Origin: Hyaloraphidium curvatum SAG 235-1
Lineage: Eukaryota > Fungi > Monoblepharomycota
Assembly (NCBI GenBank): GCA_025558095.1
Contig: JAIVFI010000024.1
Span: forward strand, 124,001 to 188,000
Reading direction: 5' to 3'
Length of the DNA: 64,000 bases
Shown: positions 31,901 to 41,615 of the stretch, piece by piece
How the letters are laid out: each line of letters begins with the position of its first letter
How positions within the stretch are numbered: the stretch's first letter is position 1
Notes under the pieces: model-generated
Told to the model about the DNA's origin: nothing
The model's input: the letters and a program-made list of their open reading frames with translations, nothing else
Database searches by the model: none
Program-made: the position numbers and the translations under genes

Positions 31901-34861
31901 GGCGCTGCCTGCACCGTGGCCAACAGCTCGACGGGGCAGTTCCGCTTGGTTTGCGTGCCCGAAGCCGGATCTTCGTGCTCGATCGTCACCGTCCGGGATG
32001 CCCAAGACGAGAGCAAGTGCATCGCCGCGCGCAACCAGCAAGTCATCCTCGATGCCTGCCCAGCAGCAGCCCGTTCGCTCAGGATGCGCCGCTCCGGCCC
32101 GGCTATCATCGACGAAGGCCACGAGGCCGGGTTGGAATGGGTCTATCTCGGAACGCGCGCCATCGAGCTCCGCCCGTTCTGGACGCTCTACGTTACCAAC
32201 ACCAGCGTCGTCAAGCTTGTCAATGCAAACCAAAACATTAGGAACGGATGCCTGATGGGCACATCCCCCAGCCGTGTCGGCAACTGCTCCGAATCGGGCT
32301 CCAACGAGCTCCTGATCGAGACGAGCCAGACTATTGTCATCCAGGCAACTCCTACACCCTCCCCGGGCTCCTCCACAGCCTCCTCGGCGCCGATTGGAGC
32401 CATCGTCGGCGGCGTCGTTGGCGGACTCGCAGCCATTGGCGCCGTCGCTGGCGGGGCGTACTTTGCGTTGCGCAGGAACCGGGCGGCCAAGCAGGACGGC
32501 GTCGCGGTCGAAGATGGGCAGAGCTCACTCGACGGAGATGGCAAGAAGGACTTCAAGCCGGGTGACCCTGAGGTTGCCGTGAAGTCGGCCAAAATGCCCG
32601 AAGGGACCGGCGACCCGAGCATGCTGGTGCAGGAGTTTGTCGCGGCGCCCGATGGCTTCGACGACGACCATGGGCAGCCGGCCACACAGCGTGCCAGCCA
32701 AGCTGTTCCTCTCGAGCCCAAGGCCGCTCAAGCCGAAGCCGTAAGTGCATCCCCGTTGCCCACTCCGTTTTCCGAGGAGTCCAATGGCTCGGGAACGGAC
32801 GAGCCTGCTTCGGAAGCCGGCCGTGTGGAAGCTTCCCAGATCGCCGAAAACGCTCCGGTATCCGTTGCCGAGCAGGTTACCCAGGAAGTCGAGGCCGATG
32901 CGGCCGCCTCCTGGACCCAAGTCGCCGAAGCGGCACTCTCGGAGGCACCCCCCGCTGTCGCCGAGGAGCTTTCCATTCCTGCCGTTACCGAGGTGGTGTC
33001 TGCGTCCAGCAAGCCCGAGTTGGTCGCACCCGCCGCCGTCGCCGAGGAGCTCTCCGTTCCTGGCGTTACCGATCTGGCACCTGCATCCGCCGAGCCCGAG
33101 TTGGTTGCCATTGCCTCCGAGATGCACAATCAAGCAGGCCAGGATCTCCAGGTCCCCTACGCGGGCTTCATCGTCGCAACTGGCGCCGCCGAGCCCCATA
33201 TGGTCGCGGCGAGCACCGAGGGCGCCAAACAAGCCAGCCAGAATCTTCAAGCTCGCACCACTGGATCGATCGGCTCGACCGGCGCCGCCGCATATGGTCT
33301 GGAATCCGCTGTTGCAAAGACGGACGGGGTCGGCTCGATCGGTTCGACCGGCGCCGCCGCCTACGGTCTGGAATCCGCTGCCGCAAAGACCGACGGGCCC
33401 GCCGACGCCGCCCACGCGGAAGCCGCCCCCGCGCAAGAAGCCTCGGCACCTGTACAGCAAGTCCGCGACACCCCCGCGGCCGATCAAGTTTCCCCTCCAG
33501 CGGCGGCCTCGCACGCGCCGTCCGGCGACCGTGCGGCCTCGCCGGTCCAGCTCACGTCGCAGGCCATACCGCTCGCTTCGCAGGCCATACCGCTCGCATC
33601 GCAGGCCCTGCCTTTGGCCTCGCAGCCCATTCCCGCAGCCTCAACCAGGAGCATCCAAAACACCTCGGCATCCAAGCAGGCCTCGGCCTCGGTTGCGGCC
33701 CAGCCGCCGCAGTCGGAACGCACGGCCATCGCCTCCGACTCGGGCTCCAATCCGGGGTCGGGCAAGCTCGCCGACACCCCCGCGCCGATCATCGCCTCGC
33801 GCACGGCCACAGGCGGCTCGGGCGGGCCCGCCGCCGTGCGAAGCCGCGGGTCGACGTCGACGGACCCGTCGTCCCCGCCGGCCCCCAGCAAGCTGATGAT
33901 CTCCGAGAACGACGTGGTGATCGACCGCACAAGGAAGCTTGGGGAGGGCGGGTTTGGCGTCGTGTATGTCGGCATGCTGCGCGGCTCGATGCCGGTGGCC
34001 GTCAAGACGATCAAGGGCGACATCGATCTCAAGACGATGAATGCGTTCCTCAAGGAGGTGATGAACTGGGAGGGCCTTGTGCAGCGGAACGGTGAGATCC
34101 ACGCCGCGGAGGCTGATCTGGTTCCTGACCCGTCGCATCGGCAGTACTGCCCCTCATGGCCTTCTGCGCCTCGCCGCCCATGATGGTGATGGACCTCATC
34201 GAGGAAGGCAACCTGAGGCAGTACCTCGGCCGGCTCGCCTGGGACCAGGCCATCGGGCGCAAGCTGCTGGTGGACGTCGCCAACGGCATGACGTGGGTTA
34301 CCTTCCACCGCTCCGCATCCGTCCCGCTCACAGTGCATCGGCATCCGCACGCAGGTACCTGCACTCGCTCGACATCCTCCACGGGGACCTCAAGTCGCTC
34401 AATGTCCTCGTCGACGGCTCCCGCGCCGTCATCACCGACTTCGGCCTCTCGCGCGTGCGGCGCGAGGTCAGCAAGACCACCGGCGAGACGGGCGGCGCCG
34501 GGCTGCAGGGCACGCCCGGTTTCGTCGCGCCGGAGCTGCTCCAAGGCAAGGCGCTCAACACGCCGGCGGACGTGTACGCGTTCGCAATGGTGTGCTACGA
34601 GGTGCTGAGCAAGGGAGGGTATCCGTTCGACGACGTGCGCAACGTCGCGGCGGTGAGTGCTGTCATCATCGTCGGCGGAAAAAGTGAGCTGACCTGCGTC
34701 CGCAGATCATCTACCGCGTCGTGTTCGAGCAAGGCCGGCCGGACCGCCCCGAGGGCGTACCGGACAGGCTGTGGGAGCTAGTGGAGGAGTGCTGGCGGCA
34801 GGACCCCGCGGGACGGCCGGCGTTCAGGGAGGTGAGGGACAGGATGGCGTCAATGCTGTGA
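28963..34861 (+). CDS. Single-pass receptor-like TKL kinase (non-RD) with STIG1-like Cys repeats and an EGF-like array; start uncertain (apparent +1 frameshift at 28978-28980)
   Basis: Signal SIVLFLLVLAVSKLVDA|Q, repeated (H/N)CGxCGxxC modules, TM IGAIVGGVVGGLAAIGAVAGGAYFAL. Kinase motifs LGEGGFGVVY, VAVK, HGDLKSLN, DFG, GTPGFVAPE, CWRQDPAGRP. About 10 introns; TGA at 34859-34861. Confidence 0.85.
29733..30890 (+). repeat. Coding tandem array of ~10 EGF-like units (111-114 bp) with a 333-bp higher-order repeat
   Basis: Unit DPCRGVDCGSFSSCSGGTCTCNPGYTSDSGGRNCYP. Units 2-4 are mirrored by units 5-7. Confidence 0.92.
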
Positions 34862-35054
34862 TCGGAGGGCGGTGGAAGTGTGGAGCGTACAGTGTTTGCT
34901 GGGTGGCTTTGGCTAAGCTTTCGAGCGTTCGCGCATGTATGTCGTCAATCGGAGAAGGTTCTTCGCATGAAAAGTCGGGATCTGTAGCTCGGTTGGAATC
35001 CGCTGACCCGCCCTGGCTGAGCTGGGCCCCGCAGACGCAACTTCAAACAGAACG

Positions 35055-35347
35055 ATGTCGGACCCGTCCTCGACCTCCTCCGGCCACGCCGATATGCCCT
35101 TCCTGGGTAGTGGCTCCGCATCGGGCAAGGACGCTTTCGGGCAACGGGAGAAGGCGCTCGAGGACGCGTGGGCGCGCGAGAACGGTGGGCTTGCCTGCCG
35201 TTACCGGACTTGGTGCGAAGCGGCTAACGCCATGCCTTTGGGGTCGGCCGCGGCGATGCAGACAAGAAGAAGATCGAGGCACTGAAGAAGGACCTCGACG
35301 CGGGCAAGACGGCTGCCGCGCCGGCGGCGGACAAGGCCAGCAAGTGA
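35055..35347 (+). CDS. Mitochondrial ATPase inhibitor (IF1/IATP)-like small protein, 2 exons
   Basis: DAFGQREKALEDAWAREN|DKKKIEALKK. Confidence 0.7.
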
Positions 35348-35756
35348 ACGGGGGGCCGTTGGCGGGCCGGAGCGCGGCGGTGCCAAACCGACCGGCGGAC
35401 TGTGCTTCCGAGGACTCTTCTGAGCGGGACCATGGAAGGCGGAGGAGGGCGGGGCGGTTCCTGGAAGGACCCTGAGCGGCTTGGCTCCGTGGGGGACGGG
35501 AGAGGACTACGGTACCTCGGCGGCGTGATTGGGCACCGTTCAAGATCATATAAAGACAAGTTTGTGGAGGAGGAGGAGGACGGGACACGGGCCTCGCAAC
35601 TGGACGGCACCAGTTCCAGCTCGGTTTCCTGTATACGCGGCCTGACCCGCCGCCCTCTAGCCCAATCAAGCCATCAAGAACAATGTCCTCCACCGCCTTG
35701 CCGCCTCGCCTTGCCGCCTCTCGCGTCCACGTCCGAGCCCGCTTCGCCCCGCGGCC

Positions 35757-36164
35757 TCACTTCTTCCCCTTGTCGTCCTTCTTGTCCTCCTTGGCCGCCT
35801 TCTCCTTGGCGGCCGCCGCCTTGGCCTCGAGCCGCTCCAGCGCGGCCTGCAAGCAGCGATGCGTGTTGCGGTGCCGCCAATGAGGGGAACGGGGGGCGAA
35901 ACAGGGCGGCAACGCGTGAGGCCTGTGCTCAGCACCGCGTGACCTCTTCTCCACGGCAACCCGCGCCTTCCTCCCCCATCGCCCCGCTGCGGGTCATGCC
36001 CACCGCACTGCCGCCGCCAAACGCACCTGCGCCTCGGCGTCCAGCTCCTCGCTGCCCTCCTTGGTGCCCTTGTAGAACTCCTCCTCCGTCGGCGCCTTCC
36101 AGCCCGTCGGCGGGTCCGAGGGAGGGAGCGAGATGCCGTAGTCGCCCTTCTTGCCGGACGACAT
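35757..36164 (-). CDS. Small charged hypothetical protein, 2 exons (intron 35847-36026)
   Basis: MSSGKKGDYGISLPPSDPPTGWKAPTEEEFYKG...EAQ|AALERLEAK...KGKK*. Clean splice sites and typical codon bias. Confidence 0.6.
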
Positions 36165-36452
36165 GGCGCGGGAGAAGTAGGGGAGGGGGAGTTTGGGCGG
36201 CAGCGGGGAGGAAGCGAAGCTCGGCTTCGGAGGACGATTGCGTGGCCGCCGTGTGGTGCAAGCCCGCGCATGGACCCCGAGACCCCGACGACGCCGCAGC
36301 GGAGCCCAGTCGCCGAAGGCCACAAGGAATCCACTCTAATGTGCAAAGACAGACCAATCGAATAGACTTTGAACCCGTGCAATAGCCCGCACCGTACCCC
36401 GACCGCCTTGACCGCCGCGGTCTCGAACAGCCGCCTCCGTGCCCCGATCGAC

Positions 36453-39093
36453 CTAGACGGCCTTGACCGCCACCGAATCCATCTCCCCCTTCTTGATCGT
36501 CCTCGACTTGCCCGTCTCGTCGACCCATTTAGCCTTCTTCCGCGAAGACACCGTCACCCTCCACAGCCCGACGTAGCTCACGGCCAGGAGGAAGACCACG
36601 AAGGCGATCAGGATGCCGGCGATCGGGCCCGCGCCGAGGCCGCTGAGGCCGAGGTAGGGGGCGTACTGGGGCACCACGACGACGATGAGGGCTTCGAAGC
36701 CCCACTTCATCGGGGAGAGGTACTTGATCCAGCTGAAATGATGAAGGTCAGCCAGCGAATCACAGAGCATCATTGGAAGCATACTCGAAGTACGGTGGTA
36801 TCGTTGCGCTGTTGATGAACAATCCACTGAAGAGCATGAGCGGGAGCAAAATCATCGGCGTGAGGACGAGAGCGACCTGCAGGGACTCGAACGAGCTGGC
36901 GAGGGCGATGCCGATGAACTGCAGAAGACGGCGTGAGAAGCGGGGCGTGTGGTGCGAGCTGGAGGCTCGTACCATGCCGCAGATCGCGCAGAGAGACGTG
37001 ATAGCCATCACGATGAAGTACGTCCCCGCGTTGATGGGCAGCCGGACCATGCTGCATGTAGGGGCGAAAGGTCAGCGCACGCGCCACGGCGCAAACCACG
37101 GGACTCGCACAAGTAAATGAGAGTGTTCATTAGCCAGGCAAATCCGACGGCGAGGGGGACCTCCACGGCCAGCTTGGACATGAAGAAGGAGGCGAGGTTG
37201 TAGTACCTGGACCACCGTCAGCCAAAACCCCACCACCTGCCCGGGAAAACGTACCCAGCGCCGTTCTCGCGCCGGAAGACGGCCTTCTCCTCGCCAAAGA
37301 CGTTGAGGATCGACATGGCGTTCATCATGCTGTGGGGGGAGGGACGTCAGTAGAGGCAGGGTCCGAGGAGAAGGCGGAGCCCACATCTGGTTGATGACGA
37401 GGAAGAACACTGTTCGGGCGATCAAGCAGCATCCAAAAGCAGGAGAAAGCAAGGCGGAGAACGCGTTCGGGCGATCCATCAGCATCCAAAAGCAGCAGAA
37501 AACACGTCGGCAGGTAACGCACAGACGCCGCTATAGTTCTGAACCGCCGCGGCTGGATCCTTCGAGGGGAGGTCGAAATATGTGAGGCCCAGGAGCAAGC
37601 CGAACACTGCAATTGCAATATCAGCAAGCCGTCCTGATCGCGGAAAGTGCGCACCAACCGATTGACTGCCCGGCCTTCGCCTGCAGCACGAGCTTGTTCC
37701 GCCTCGCGTTCTTGGCCGTCCTCTCGGTCAGGTACTCGAGCTGCACCCACGTAGACCGCTGCGATTTGCGCCCGACGTCCGAGATCCCCGTCGGCAGGTC
37801 CGTCCTGGGTGCCGCCAGCTCGGTGTCGGCCGCCGCCTTGGCCGAGGACTTGGGCCACGCCGCGATGACCCTTGCAATGCGCGCAGCCGCCGGCTCCATG
37901 GCTCCAGGGGGCCCTCCGGGCAGCGGGGTGTCCGCAAACACCGAGAGAACGTTCAGGAAGATCCAATCAATGGGGTTGGTGTACTGTGACGCGAACGCTC
38001 GTAAGTCGCTGGTCACAAATCAAAAGTGAACGAATCACAACGCACAGGTGGGATCTTGAATCCAATGCTCTCGAAGTAGGCGACAGTGCCGTCGACGGGG
38101 CCGTGGTAGACCACCTGGCCCTCGGCCAGGAGCAGCAGGTCGTCGAAGAGGTAAAAGAGCTCCGCAGAAGGCTGGTGGATAGTGCTGACGACGGTGCGGC
38201 CCGACCGTGCGAGGTCGAGCAGGATCTCGCCGACCTTCTTGGCTGGCGAGGGGGAAGCGTCGTCAGAAAGGCCTTGGGATGACGGCGGGCGGTGAATCCC
38301 ACCAGTGAACGCATCCAGCCCGCTCGAAAACTCGTCCAGAAAGAGCAAGCTGGGGTTGTTGACGAGCTCCATGCCCACGGCAAGACGCTTGCGCTCGCCG
38401 CCCGAGATGCCCTTGACCTCGGAATCTCCGACGACGACATCAGCAGCCTTCTCGAGCTTGAGCATGGTCATGATCTCTTCCACGCGGGCAACGCGCTCGT
38501 CGTTGTTGAGCTCTTTGGGAAGCCTCAAGACGGCCGCCATCGTCAGGGCCTCGCGAACAGTCATTGTCTGAAGGATCCTGGGAGCAAGTCAGCCGAATCA
38601 CGATGTCCGGAGCCAACCATACCCACACGTCGTCCTGGAACACAAAACCGCTTATCTGCTTCATCATCGCAGGGTCCGCGGGCAGGCCGTTGACGAGCAA
38701 GTTCCCGCTGATGGTGCCCGAGCGCGCCTCCCCGGCAATGACTTGCAGGAGCGAGGTCTTGCCCGCTCCCGAGGCACCCATGATAGCCGTCATCCGGCCC
38801 GGCTTGAAAATGCCCGAAACGTTCTTCAGAATGTCCTTGTCCGTCGTGGGTTTCTTGGCGAACGGGTTCCGCGACTTTGGCGCGGCCTTGTCCTGAATCG
38901 TCACGCTGTACGAGATGTTCTTGAAGCGGACCTCCATGCGCGAGTCGGGGACCGCGAGGCTGGGCTTGCGGCTGACTTGCAGGGGAGCCAGGTGGCCGTT
39001 GACCCCGTGGCCATTGGCGAGGTGGCCGTCGGCGGGCGCGGTCGTGGCCGCGTCCACGGCGACCGGAGGAAGCGAAGCGTCGGTCGTGGTCAT
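36453..39093 (-). CDS. ABCG (White-family) half transporter, multi-exon
   Basis: Walker A GASGAGKT, FVFQDD, ISGGERKR, LFLDE, TIHQPS, followed by the TM domain (RRENGAG, LFSGLFIN, WIKYLSP). Confidence 0.93.
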
Positions 39094-39306
39094 TGGAGCG
39101 ATCGTCCGGATGGGGTCGTTGCCGGACGCGATTTCCCGTCGCGGAGCTTTGTAGCCGCCCGTTCCGTAATGGTCGCGGATAATTCATCGAATCACCCGAG
39201 TTGGGGACCCCGCCCGCTTGCGCACTCATGAACATCAGCCGCCCGCAGCGACACACGTGATCTTGAGCTTGCGTTGACTACATTGTCACCCAGGCGGTCA
39301 GGATGC

Positions 39307-40533
39307 CTACTTCACCTCCAGAAACCTCTCCAGGTTCTCCCGCGTCCTCCTGGCCGCCTCCTCGACCGTCCACCCCTTGACCCGCGCCACGACCTCGCAC
39401 ATGCGCGCCATCATCTCGTCCACCATGAGCGGCGAGTCGTAGTCGCTCTCGATCAGCAACCTGTCGTCCGGAGTCCGCGCGATCCGCTCCTCAAAAGACG
39501 GCGAGCGCGAGTTGATCACGATGCTGTAGCTGAAGTAGAATCGCCGGCCGGCGTCGCCCGGCAGCGATCTCAGCTGGTCGATGAAGGCCGTCGAGGCGCT
39601 GTACGAGTGCAAGCAGACGGCCGGGGGGCCAGTCCAGACGGGGTTGGCCAGCTTCAGCGGCTTCTTGAAAGCCTTCATGGTGTTTGTCGGCCGCTCCTCC
39701 GACTTCTCCTTCTTCCTCTTCCCCTTCTTTCCCGCTTTATCCCCGTCGTCTTGCGGGCCTTCGCCGCCGGCGGGTTTCGGCAGATCGTCGGCACTGACGA
39801 CAAAGGCCCTCATGATGTCCAGGAACCAGCCCGAGCGGTTCACGAGGTGCACCGAGACGGGCCGCTTCATCTCCGCGGCAATCTCCAGCTGCCGCTTGGC
39901 GACCGCCAGCTGGTGCTCGGGCCTGACGCGCAGGCCTTCGGTACCTCGCACGGTAGCGTTCTTGTCCAATCCGATCTCGCCGACGATGGCGGTCGGGTAC
40001 TTGCGCAGGAGGGCCGTCAGATCCTCGGTCCACCTTTCCAGTGGCACCAGGTCCTGTTGCAGCAGCTCCTTGGCCGAACGCCGGTTCTCTGCGTCCATGT
40101 CGATTTCTTCCCCGGGCTCGGCGAGCTCAAACACGTCCTCCAGAGCGTCTCCACCGGCCTTCATCCCCGCACAGAACGCGTACCAAGGATGGACGCCAAA
40201 CGCCGGGACGATCCGGCCGGAGGGTTCCGCGCCGGGCTGCAGCCGCAGGGAGGCCACGTCCGGCAGCCCGTCCCCGCCCGCTCCCGATTCCGGGCGATTG
40301 TTCAGCTCCCACGCGAGCTCCACGTCCTTCCAGTCTCCCGGGTCAACGCCCATGATCAACAGTCTCCCAGTCCGGCACAGGCGGGAGATCCGCGGGATGA
40401 GGTCCACGGCGTCGTGCACATGGCAATGCGCGTCCGCGAGGATCGCGAGTAGCTCCGGCGGGAAAGACGGCGGAATGGACGCGTCCGACGAAGAGGAGGA
40501 GGAAGACGCGTCGGACGCGTCGGTGGGGCACAT
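39307..40533 (-). CDS. TatD-related metal-dependent hydrolase (Scn1-like)
   Basis: DAHCH, FGVHPW, VGEIGLDK, VSVH, LHSY, LIESD. Confidence 0.88.
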   Translation of the reverse strand: MCPTDASDASSSSSSSDASIPPSFPPELLAILADAHCHVHDAVDLIPRISRLCRTGRLLIMGVDPGDWKDVELAWELNNRPESGAGGDGLPDVASLRLQPGAEPSGRIVPAFGVHPWYAFCAGMKAGGDALEDVFELAEPGEEIDMDAENRRSAKELLQQDLVPLERWTEDLTALLRKYPTAIVGEIGLDKNATVRGTEGLRVRPEHQLAVAKRQLEIAAEMKRPVSVHLVNRSGWFLDIMRAFVVSADDLPKPAGGEGPQDDGDKAGKKGKRKKEKSEERPTNTMKAFKKPLKLANPVWTGPPAVCLHSYSASTAFIDQLRSLPGDAGRRFYFSYSIVINSRSPSFEERIARTPDDRLLIESDYDSPLMVDEMMARMCEVVARVKGWTVEEAARRTRENLERFLEVK

Positions 40534-40713
40534 TGCATTGGGCGTCCGTCCCTCTGGCGTCGTCCCTCGCATGAAAACCGCTGACCAGCCGTCAATCACT
40601 CCCAGATCAGCCCTGGCGCGCGCACCCTTCCGGACGCGGACCACATCTGCCAGGAAGAAGAGCTACTCGGAAATGAAATGCGCGAGCGCTGGGACCCCTG
40701 CGCTGGCACGTGG

Positions 40714-41595
40714 ATGCCGTCGCAACGGGACGTTGGCGTGGTTACGGCCATTGTCGTCGCCGTGACCGTCCTGGGCTTCCTTGCCCTCACTCCAAACTCT
40801 GCTGCACGTGACGAGCCATGGTGGCAGGAACCTATCGCGAGGTCCATGAAGATGGGGCCGCCCGTGATCAAGCCCCTGCCGTTTGGATCCCTCAGCGGAG
40901 ACAACGGCATCGCGCTCCTGCAGCTCCTCTGCCACACCGCGCCGGTCGTGTCGGAGCTCTCCGGCGAACTCGTGAATATCGGATTGCCAACGGAGAGCTT
41001 CCTCTTCGCGTCGCGCGGCTTTGTTGCCCATTCATTCGAGCCGCGGAGGTCGGCGCTCGAGGCCCTCGAGCTGCAGGCGAAGCAGCAGAACCTCACAAAG
41101 CTGGTTCGCCTCTACAACAGTGCCGTGAGCAACGTCACGGGGACGGCGAAGCTGTTCTTTGCCGATGACTCTTCGTCGCTCGCTCAATCCGCGGTCGCAC
41201 ATGGACCGGAGCTGGAGAAGGCCAACAAGGAGAAGGGCAAAGAGGAGGACGTGAAGCTGGTCACGCTAGATTTCGTGGGGGTTTCGCGGGCGGACGGGAT
41301 GAAGATCGATACCCAGGGCTTCGAGACGGAGGTGCTCATGGGGGCCAGCAAGATCCTGACGCAGGACAGGCTCCCGGTGATAATCATGGAGTATTGCGAA
41401 CGGCTACGTTCGTTCGAGGCCGTGATTGGCTCGGTGCATCTCCTGCGGGGGCTCGGCTACAAGTGCTACTCTCGGCCAGGGGATCCGGAATTCACGCTGG
41501 ACCTCGAATCCGAAGTTGTGTTTTGCGATGACCTGTATTGCACTTCCCAGCCTTTCGTTACGGGCGGCAAATGCTGCGACGAAAAGTGCGTGTAG
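40714..41595 (+). CDS. FkbM-family methyltransferase with N-terminal TM anchor, intronless
   Basis: HSFEP, NSAVS, VTLD, MKIDTQGFETEVLMGA, IIMEY, LGYKCY. Confidence 0.8.
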   Translation: MPSQRDVGVVTAIVVAVTVLGFLALTPNSAARDEPWWQEPIARSMKMGPPVIKPLPFGSLSGDNGIALLQLLCHTAPVVSELSGELVNIGLPTESFLFASRGFVAHSFEPRRSALEALELQAKQQNLTKLVRLYNSAVSNVTGTAKLFFADDSSSLAQSAVAHGPELEKANKEKGKEEDVKLVTLDFVGVSRADGMKIDTQGFETEVLMGASKILTQDRLPVIIMEYCERLRSFEAVIGSVHLLRGLGYKCYSRPGDPEFTLDLESEVVFCDDLYCTSQPFVTGGKCCDEKCV

Positions 41596-41615
41596 TTCAG
41601 ACAAGATGATCAGCA

